Positions 1 to 6,379 of a stretch of DNA of 12,319 bases are shown in pieces. Within the stretch, counting starts at the first letter, position 1, and each line of letters starts with the position of its first letter. Both the position numbers and the translations under genes were made by a program. The notes below the pieces were generated by a model that ran no database searches, was not told the DNA's origin, and saw only the letters and a program-made list of their open reading frames with translations. The stretch lies in assembly GCA_051382295.1 (NCBI GenBank), contig JBBCAW010000081.1, positions 1 to 12,319 of the forward strand, in the 5' to 3' direction. The DNA comes from Bdellovibrionota bacterium FG-1. GTDB taxonomy: Bacteria > Bdellovibrionota > UBA1018.

Positions 1-127
1 TCGTCAGTAGTAGTAGTTTTTAATTTTTGTAAATCTATAGAACTACTACTACTAGAGGGGCTTGTTGTCGGTTGTGTTGCCGGTTGTGTACCCACTTTGT
101 TCTCGGTTTGTTGCCAGTTTGTTGCCA
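1..127. repeat. Terminal direct repeat, copy 1 (circular contig overlap)
   Basis: Bases 1-127 are identical to 12193-12319. An ORF reads in frame through the junction. 127 is a common assembler k-mer size. Confidence 0.95.
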
Positions 128-764
128 GTTTGTTCTCGGTTTCAAGTTGAAGCAGCTCGCGGAAGATCGCTTCGGGGAGCTCATAGCGGCTCCAGCCTCC
201 CCTTCCATTTTTAAAGGTAACGCGCAGAATGCAGCTCTTGGATTCTAGGCGCTGAAGCGTCGTCTTCACGCTCCCAGTGCTCGTTTTCAGACAATTCGCC
301 AGGTGCTCAAGCGTGAGCGGTTCAGATACACGCCCGCGCGCCGCCTTACATGCATCGTAAACCACGATAAGAACTGCTCGCTGCAATCCAACAAGCCCTG
401 AAAACGCCGCTGTTGTTGCCGGTTTGTTCTCACTTTGTTGCCACTTTGTTGCCGAATGTGTTGCCGGTTGTGTACCCACTTTGTTGCCAGTTTCAGCTTT
501 CGTCAAATCTCGTGCATAAGCGGCGTCACCGGTTTGTTCTCGGTTCGTTGCTAGTTTGTTGTCAGTTTTGTTGCCAGTTTGTTCTCGGTTTGTTGCCGCT
601 TTGTTGCCAGTTTTCTGGACCGGTTTGGCTTCTGCCGGAGTAGGGGAGTGTAACTTAGATTGATCGGGTTTTGGTGTAGGTGAGCCCCACACAGCAGCGG
701 GCTGGTCGCTCTGCTCATCAAGAAGGTCGAGAAAGTCTTTTGAGGAGATTTTCGCTTTGGCCAT
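1..764 (-). CDS. 5' part of a 451-aa putative replication initiator/replisome-organizer-like protein (winged HTH); continues across the junction to 11601
   Basis: ATG at 764-762 overlaps the parA stop (ATGA). Manual translation is open: MAKAKISSKDFLDLLDEQ...GLVGLQRAVLIVVYDACK...EPLTLEHLANCLKTSTGSVKTTLQRLESKSCILRVTFKNGRGGWSRYEL. It is in frame with the ORF 11601..12287 (764-95=669 nt). The LTLEHLA..TSTGSVKTTLQRL..GRGGWSRY segment has a winged-HTH pattern. Confidence 0.75.
   Translation of the reverse strand, partial: MAKAKISSKDFLDLLDEQSDQPAAVWGSPTPKPDQSKLHSPTPAEAKPVQKTGNKAATNREQTGNKTDNKLATNREQTGDAAYARDLTKAETGNKVGTQPATHSATKWQQSENKPATTAAFSGLVGLQRAVLIVVYDACKAARGRVSEPLTLEHLANCLKTSTGSVKTTLQRLESKSCILRVTFKNGRGGWSRYELPEAIFRELLQLETENKLATNWQQTENKVGTQPATQPTTSPSSSSSSIDLQKLKTTTTD
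6..53. repeat. 13-bp inverted repeat around a 22-nt AT-rich spacer (candidate DNA unwinding element of oriV)
   Basis: AGTAGTAGTAGTT (6-18) and AACTACTACTACT (41-53), with spacer TTTAATTTTTGTAAATCTATAG. Lies next to an iteron-like cluster. Confidence 0.55.
61..143. repeat. Iteron-like tandem 11-12 bp repeats, cluster A (inside rep-like gene)
   Basis: ttgtgttgccgg ttgtgtacccac tttgttctcgg tttgttgccag tttgttgccag tttgttctcgg; consensus about TTTGTTGCCAG. Confidence 0.8.
411..494. repeat. Iteron-like tandem 11-12 bp repeats, cluster B
   Basis: tgttgttgccgg tttgttctcac tttgttgccac tttgttgccga atgtgttgccgg ttgtgtacccac tttgttgccag. The 29 bp at 457-485 are identical to 73-101. Confidence 0.8.
533..615. 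repeat. Iteron-like tandem 11 bp repeats, cluster C
   Basis: tttgttctcgg ttcgttgctag tttgttgtcag t tttgttgccag tttgttctcgg tttgttgccgc tttgttgccag. Confidence 0.8.
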
Positions 765-1537
765 CAGATCAGTCCTAGTACTTCCTCTGAAAGCGCTTTG
801 TAGGAGTCAGCAGACTTGGAGACGCCCAAGAAGTCATAGATGACCTGTCTCTTGACCTGAGCTTTCTTGATGGTGCTATCCACAGGAATCGGATCAAAAA
901 TCTTGGTTTGCGCGGAAAACCGGGTTTTAACCGCTTCTAAAGCAGTCTGCGCGACGGTTGTTCTCCTGTTGTACATGGTGGGCAGGATGCCCAGAATCTT
1001 GGGCGACTTTTCGTAGAACTCTTCGATGATCTTTTTCTGCTCAAATAGGTACGAAATGTTGCTGATGGCGAAGGCATCCATCGTTGCGGGGATCAGCCAG
1101 GAGTCCGCAAAAGTCATGAAATTCAAGAGAACAAGATTCATCGCTGGGCTGCTATCGATGATGCAGTAGTCGTAGCTGATGTTTTGCTTCTTAAAACGCA
1201 TCCGAAGCGTCTCTTCGCGCCTGGGGAACGCGGCCATTCGAATGTCTGCTTCGGCAAGTTTCCTAGAAGAGATCATCACATCGATCTCGCCCACTTCTCG
1301 AATGCTGATCTTCTGGATGGCATTCTCGAATGGCGTATCGTCGATCAGAACAGTGCTGAAATCTTCGGCGCTTCCGAGCTTCAAGCCGAAGTAGGTCTTG
1401 ATCGAGCCTTGGGGATCTCCGTCGAGGAGAAGGATGTTTGCCTCAGGCTTCAAAAGCTTAAGCCCACAGGCGACAGCGACCGCCGTTGTTGACTTCGCTA
1501 CACCACCCTTAATGTTCGTGATCAAAAGAGTTTTCAT
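764..1537 (-). CDS. parA: ParA/Soj-family partition ATPase (257 aa, no N-terminal HTH)
   Basis: Deviant Walker A KGGVAKSTT, LLLDGDPQG (A' motif), YDYCIIDSSP (Walker B), ILGILPTMY. ATG at 1537 is preferred over the upstream GTG at 1561. Confidence 0.93.
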   Translation of the reverse strand: MKTLLITNIKGGVAKSTTAVAVACGLKLLKPEANILLLDGDPQGSIKTYFGLKLGSAEDFSTVLIDDTPFENAIQKISIREVGEIDVMISSRKLAEADIRMAAFPRREETLRMRFKKQNISYDYCIIDSSPAMNLVLLNFMTFADSWLIPATMDAFAISNISYLFEQKKIIEEFYEKSPKILGILPTMYNRRTTVAQTALEAVKTRFSAQTKIFDPIPVDSTIKKAQVKRQVIYDFLGVSKSADSYKALSEEVLGLI

Positions 1538-1687
1538 AATTTCAGAGTAGTCTGAACCCACGGCCAGTCAAATAAATTTTCAATAAGCGGTGCGTCGCAT
1601 GCGCTCCGATTAATTGACCGCGGCCCCTGGGTCAGGGGAGGCTAGTAATTAATTTATACAACTGTGGGCGTCAAAAACCCCCGCCCA

Positions 1688-1729
1688 GGTGAGACTTTGC
1701 GAGACTGAGTGTCACGTTTGAGACTCACC
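1688..1729. promoter_or_regulatory. Cluster of GAGACT direct repeats bounded by a GGTGAG/CTCACC inverted repeat; possible protein-binding site
   Basis: GAGACT at 1691, 1701 and 1720, with another at 1811, in the divergent intergenic region upstream of parA. Confidence 0.3.
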
Positions 1730-2001
1730 AGTTGTGCGATTTCACGCGGTTAGCCAGCGCGCCGTGCTGGCACAGGGCGTGCTCTGACTCCCTGCCGCTG
1801 GGGATGCCGTGAGACTGGAGCAGTGAGGGCCTTGTTTTTCTGCGGAAACGCATGCATAAGAGCCTGCGGAAAGGTACGCAAAACTAAATACTCGGTCTTG
1901 CGTGGTTATTTGAAGTGAAGTCGGCCCCATCAAAGTGCAATCAACCCAATGATTTAAAAGCGAAAAGACTTAAAGGCCGTGCGCAAACTGGTGCTTGCGC
2001 A

Positions 2002-2070
2002 GTACCCCCACCCCACTGCCAACCACTCCCCCTCTACGATTGGAAGTGGTTGGCAGTGGGGTGGGGGTAC
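2002..2070. repeat. 26-bp perfect GC-rich inverted repeat, candidate oriT core
   Basis: GTACCCCCACCCCACTGCCAACCACT (2002-2027), 17-nt loop, exact reverse complement (2045-2070). Lies about 155 bp upstream of the relaxase gene. The structure is certain; the oriT role is inferred. Confidence 0.6.
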
Positions 2071-2163
2071 AAGAAGTAGAAAGAAGAAGAAGTAAGAAGA
2101 GTAAAAGTAAAAAAATAAAGAGAGAGATAAGTAAGTAAAAAAATAAAGAAGAAGAAGAAAAGA
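2071..2163 (+). repeat. C-free purine-rich tract with a 17-bp direct repeat
   Basis: 93 nt with no C and only 9 T. AAGTAAAAAAATAAAGA occurs at 2105-2121 and 2133-2149, with GAA runs. Confidence 0.85.
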
Positions 2164-2224
2164 CAAAGACAAAAACGAGACAAGACACGGCGCACTAAAG
2201 GCTAAGAAAAAAGCAGAACAAAAA

Positions 2225-3013
2225 ATGGAAAAAGAAAACGCGAGAGCGAGTGAAGGTAAGCGTCAAAAGCAAAGGTCGATCGGGGGCGTCATCACAAAAC
2301 GCGACGCATTAGCGTGTCGCTGGGTCTGTGAGCAAGGCGTTATGAATGTTGATCAGCTTTGGCGGGCCGTGTGGTGGTCCTCAGATTCTAACTCGCCGCG
2401 TTACGCTTATGACCGGATTTCGTTTCTGGAGCGCTCAGGTTTCCTCATGGGGATGCGATCCAGCTACAGTCTTAAAACCTATTTTAAGGCCACAAAGATG
2501 GCCCAGGAGGTCGCCTCCCAGGCTGGCGAGGGGGTAAGCCTCATCCCGCTGGCTTCCCCGCCTATAAACGAAATTGGACACTCCGACGGCTTGACCGAAC
2601 TCAGGCTGGCCGTTCTGAGGTCACAGCCCGCAGCGTTATGGCGATCTGACCGGGTGATCGTGATTGACCCCGCGTTTCCGCGTGAACGTTTTTATGGCCA
2701 TGTGCCAGATGCGATCTGGACAACCCCCAAGGGGTCCCGGGTCGCGGTCGAGTACGAGCGCACCCGCAAGACCGCCTCGCGCCTTCGGCTCAAAGTAGAG
2801 GCGTTCTCGCGCGAGTTTGCCCGGAGTGACCGGGCCTTTGACCGCGTGCTCTGGGTCGGCGTGCCCGGAACGATGACGCAGCTTGCCCAGATGTTGGCCG
2901 CGCATCCGGGGCAGACGCTTCGGACGTTGGATCAGTTTTTATCGGAATTGAAAAGCTCGAGCACTGCGGCGGGAGCCGGAGCCGCATCGGGCGCAATGCA
3001 GGCGGAGGAATAG
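2225..3013 (+). CDS. Replication-relaxation (Replic_Relax, MOBC-like) family relaxase
   Basis: N-terminal winged-helix pattern (ITKRD...QLWRAVW...RISFLERSGFL), H..GLTELRL, and PD-(D/E)xK-like core VPDAIW...VAVEYERTRK. Directly upstream of a coupling protein. Confidence 0.85.
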   Translation: MEKENARASEGKRQKQRSIGGVITKRDALACRWVCEQGVMNVDQLWRAVWWSSDSNSPRYAYDRISFLERSGFLMGMRSSYSLKTYFKATKMAQEVASQAGEGVSLIPLASPPINEIGHSDGLTELRLAVLRSQPAALWRSDRVIVIDPAFPRERFYGHVPDAIWTTPKGSRVAVEYERTRKTASRLRLKVEAFSREFARSDRAFDRVLWVGVPGTMTQLAQMLAAHPGQTLRTLDQFLSELKSSSTAAGAGAASGAMQAEE

Positions 3014-3016
3014 AAC

Positions 3017-5383
3017 ATGAGCACAAATCAAACCCAAGGACGGCAAGCATCGCCTGAGGAGCAGGAAGCGCAGGCAAAAGCCGTTGTCGGGGGCTTGCTC
3101 CTGGTGGCAACGCTCAAATACCTTCCGGTGGTGGCTGCTGGTCTTATTTTTGGGATCATTGTGAACATCGGCGCACGTGGACAGGTGCGCGTTCCGCGCG
3201 TCCGGTCACTCGTTTTGGGTCTGCTATTCTTTGCAATCCCGGTTTTCGTTTTGTTCGGGCTTCCCATCCCAGGGGAGACACCGCGCATGTTCGGGGGTGT
3301 CATTCTCCGCTCGGATACTTTGCAACAGCTCGTGGGCGAAGCGGTTAGGCTTTGGAACAGCGAATTTCCACGAATCGCTGTCATCAAGGCGATGCGCTTT
3401 GACGGCAAGATCACGTTTTTTGATGTGAGCTGTTACTTTGGGTTTTCGATCGCGATAGCGGCGGCCTTTGTCATCCTGTGCGAGGCATGGCGGCAATTTA
3501 AGCCCCAAGACCCGACCAAGCGCCCAGAGATCGGATTGGCGGTGACGCTTTGCCGTATCCCCGAGAAAGCGACAAGCGTCGTGATTTACGGCGTACTCAC
3601 GCGCTGGATCGAAAGCGGCAGGGCTACGGCCTGGTCGATGCAATCGGAGGGGATCAAGGCTTTTCTTCGCGGCGTAGTCCAGGTGCTCATCTTGGGATTG
3701 AGTGCGGGCTTGACTGTGGCCTATGGCCTTCCGAAGCTGATGCCGGTCGCAACGGTCGACTGGCTTGGATATCTCGCTTTCGGTCCTGCGCTCGGCGTGG
3801 GCCTGGGGTTTCTTTTGGGCGCGGTGGATTTCGTGACCAACGGTCGGCCCCTTTTGGGAAATATCCTCAAACCAAAGACAGACGAGTTTTTCCTTGGCAC
3901 TGATTTTCAGGGACACCCCTACGGCTTGTCCAATAAAAACCTTTCCTACCACGTCGAGATCATCGCGCCCACGGGAAGCGGGAAAACGAATCTGCTTAAA
4001 AATCTCATCAGTGACCGCATCCACCGCGGACACGGGTTGATTTTCCTCGACCTCAAGGCGGAGTTTCAGGTCGTCGGCTGGATGATGAGGGCGGCGGCCG
4101 CAGCTGGCCGCGATAAGGAACTCCGGCTCGTGAGTCTTGCTAACCGCGAGCTCTCGGTGCCCTATAACCCGATCAAACTCGGGGCCGCGCCCGAGATCCA
4201 CAGCCAACTCATGAATTCGATGAGCTGGTCAGAGGATTACTACCGGAAAATTTCAAGCATCGCGCTCATGACGCTTCTGCGCGGGTTGACGGAATACCGC
4301 GATCGCATGGGTGAGAACTTTCACTTGGGCCACCTTTTTGATCTTTTGAATGAGCCGGGATTGCTTCGGGCGTTTAACGAAAAGCTCACACGGGCAGGGT
4401 GTCCGGCAGCAAAGGATGTTGCGATGCTTGCCGAAAAGCTCGATCGCCCTGCCGAGCGCGACAAGCTCACGGGCTTGGTCGCTAACCTGGGCTTGCTCAT
4501 CCACTCAGCAGCAGGCCCGCTCATCTCGGAAGACGTAAGCTCAGGATCTTTTGATTTTCGCGAGGCGGTGGACGAGGGCCGCATTACCTATGTGCTCATG
4601 AACTCGATGAAGCTCCGGGAAACGGCTTCGGTTTTTGGGAAGATGATCCTGCAAGACCTCATGCGCCTGGCCGGCGATCGGTATTCGGAGATGGACGGCG
4701 GCAAAATCCATCGGCCGGTAACGCTCATCATTGACGAGTTTGCAAGTTTCGCGATCCCCGAATTCATCGAATTCATGGATCGCGCACGTGGTGCCGGGAT
4801 AGGCATTGTGTTCGCGCACCAGTCGCGTGCGGACCTCAGAGCGGTCACGCCCGAGTTTCAAGACCGGATTGAAGCCAACTCGAACACGGTCATTGTTTCG
4901 GGCGTGAAATCAAGTGAGGACGCTGAATACTTCGCAGGCCAGCTCGGGACCAGGACCGTGAAGAAAGAAACCGTCCAGGTCGAAGACGGATTCTTAGGAA
5001 CGAAAAAAACAGGAATGAAGTCGATCCGCGAAACCGAGGAATACGTGGTGCATCCGAACCGGCTCAAAGACCTGCAGCAAGGGGAAGTGTTCACCGTCTC
5101 GCGCACGGTGGATGCGCGCTGGGCTCTGGTGAAGGTTCCGCAGGCCGCAGAATTTCTAAACGAACAAATACCGCCTGCAGAACTTGTGATGCGGCTTGAG
5201 GCTATCCGAAAGACCTACATGACGGGCTCAAAGGAGCGGTATCTCGATCTCGCGACGGCCACCGCGCGCGGGCCGGGGCTCGCGGCAGTGAAAAGCCCCA
5301 AACGCGGAAACTCATCGTTATTAGACGAGGAATTGAGCGCGCAGGCTTCGACCGAATCCGAAGGCACAGAACTCTGGAGCTGA
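3017..5383 (+). CDS. Type IV secretion coupling protein (VirD4/TraD/TrwB family)
   Basis: Several N-terminal hydrophobic segments; HVEIIAPTGSGKT (Walker A), IFLDLK, YNP, LIIDEF (Walker B), RARGAGIGIVFAHQS, AEYFAGQLGTRTV. Confidence 0.92.
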   Translation: MSTNQTQGRQASPEEQEAQAKAVVGGLLLVATLKYLPVVAAGLIFGIIVNIGARGQVRVPRVRSLVLGLLFFAIPVFVLFGLPIPGETPRMFGGVILRSDTLQQLVGEAVRLWNSEFPRIAVIKAMRFDGKITFFDVSCYFGFSIAIAAAFVILCEAWRQFKPQDPTKRPEIGLAVTLCRIPEKATSVVIYGVLTRWIESGRATAWSMQSEGIKAFLRGVVQVLILGLSAGLTVAYGLPKLMPVATVDWLGYLAFGPALGVGLGFLLGAVDFVTNGRPLLGNILKPKTDEFFLGTDFQGHPYGLSNKNLSYHVEIIAPTGSGKTNLLKNLISDRIHRGHGLIFLDLKAEFQVVGWMMRAAAAAGRDKELRLVSLANRELSVPYNPIKLGAAPEIHSQLMNSMSWSEDYYRKISSIALMTLLRGLTEYRDRMGENFHLGHLFDLLNEPGLLRAFNEKLTRAGCPAAKDVAMLAEKLDRPAERDKLTGLVANLGLLIHSAAGPLISEDVSSGSFDFREAVDEGRITYVLMNSMKLRETASVFGKMILQDLMRLAGDRYSEMDGGKIHRPVTLIIDEFASFAIPEFIEFMDRARGAGIGIVFAHQSRADLRAVTPEFQDRIEANSNTVIVSGVKSSEDAEYFAGQLGTRTVKKETVQVEDGFLGTKKTGMKSIRETEEYVVHPNRLKDLQQGEVFTVSRTVDARWALVKVPQAAEFLNEQIPPAELVMRLEAIRKTYMTGSKERYLDLATATARGPGLAAVKSPKRGNSSLLDEELSAQASTESEGTELWS

Positions 5384-5400
5384 AAAAAACGAGGTGACTC

Positions 5401-6324
5401 ATGTGGTTTTCTAAATTCTTTAAGCAAGTACTGCCCGAAACAAAGGCGCCACAGGCGGCCAGGCCTACCGAGCCCCTCAAGCTTGGAACCGAAACCGGGC
5501 GACTCGCGGGGGTAACGCTCCCCACGAGCCCACCGATCCTCTCCGATCCACCGGGGCGGTTCTCGATGTACATCCATGACAAAGCCATGGCCCTCATTGA
5601 GGCCGAGGGAAAGCTAACGCGCGAAGAAGTGAGCTACCTTCCCGCAAAAGTTTACGAAGTGGCCGAGGCGTTGAAGCTCGCGAAAAAGGAGCCCGTCCAT
5701 TTTATCCTGAACGTGAGCGTCGAACGGACTCCGTCCGATAGCTGCATGACTGTCTTAAAAATAGTTCCACCCATCCGAGCCAACAATGGTGACATGGTGG
5801 CACGCTCGCTCCTGATTTTCGAGCCGCCGTTTCGCTTCGACATGAATAAGGCTGAGAACGATTTCGCGGCGGTTCATTCTGAGCTCAACATTCTCGGGAA
5901 AAAGGCGGGCTCAAACATCAAGCTCGGGCTCATCCAGACCCGGCGTATGAACTGCGTTACTTCCCTGTGCCACGAGATGGTGCACCTTTTTGTTACCGAC
6001 GAGCACATGCCGCGCTTCAAGGGTTGGACCCTTGAGCGCCTTGAAATGTTCACCGATGCGCTCACCGTCTTATCGGTGTGGTCGATCCTCGAACGCTCCA
6101 AGGATGACGACTTCGTGGGCATCGGCCTGATTCAGGGGGCAGCCTACCTCTCCAATCACCTCCGAAAGAGCCTCGGGGGCAACAACACCAAGGATATGGT
6201 GACCGCCATGAAGGAGCTTGCCGAGAAGATCGTGATCCAAGAGGTGAGGGCGCTATCAACCCAGCCTGGCCTCACGCGTAGCCTCGCTCCGGAGGTCTTG
6301 GAAACTCCTCAAATTCAGGCCTGA
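5401..6324 (+). CDS. Hypothetical protein with HExxH zinc-metallopeptidase-like motif
   Basis: RBS GAGGTG upstream. SLCHEMVH followed about 18 aa later by LEMFTD. No signal peptide. Starts 17 nt after the coupling-protein stop. Confidence 0.7.
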   Translation: MWFSKFFKQVLPETKAPQAARPTEPLKLGTETGRLAGVTLPTSPPILSDPPGRFSMYIHDKAMALIEAEGKLTREEVSYLPAKVYEVAEALKLAKKEPVHFILNVSVERTPSDSCMTVLKIVPPIRANNGDMVARSLLIFEPPFRFDMNKAENDFAAVHSELNILGKKAGSNIKLGLIQTRRMNCVTSLCHEMVHLFVTDEHMPRFKGWTLERLEMFTDALTVLSVWSILERSKDDDFVGIGLIQGAAYLSNHLRKSLGGNNTKDMVTAMKELAEKIVIQEVRALSTQPGLTRSLAPEVLETPQIQA

Positions 6325-6379
6325 TTCCGTAAAGTATCGAAAGACGAAGGAAATCCGAGCGCTGAGCGCATTTCTGACA

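Noticed and set aside
1..127. Terminal repeat as a biological LTR, att site or phage terminal repeat
   Set aside because: It falls mid-gene, its length equals a common assembler k-mer, and no phage or integrase genes are present. Circular overlap is the simpler explanation.
61..615. Repeat clusters as a CRISPR array
   Set aside because: The units are 11-12 bp in tandem with no unique spacers, lie within an ORF, and no cas genes are present.
413..643. 76-aa Cys-rich plus-strand ORF
   Set aside because: It is the antisense translation of the iteron-like repeats inside the rep-like gene.
2002..2070. Large hairpin as an intrinsic terminator
   Set aside because: No U-tract follows it on either strand, and it lies between divergent genes rather than after a gene.
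1954..2188. Two hydrophobic Phe/Leu/Ser-rich minus-strand ORFs (possible membrane peptides)
   Set aside because: They are by-products of the pyrimidine-rich strand of the purine tract and the hairpin. Both frames look alike and neither has a clear RBS.
3224..4207. 327-aa minus-strand ORF and other ORFs nested in long genes
   Set aside because: They are antisense or alternate-frame shadows of well-supported GC-rich genes, with no recognisable motifs.
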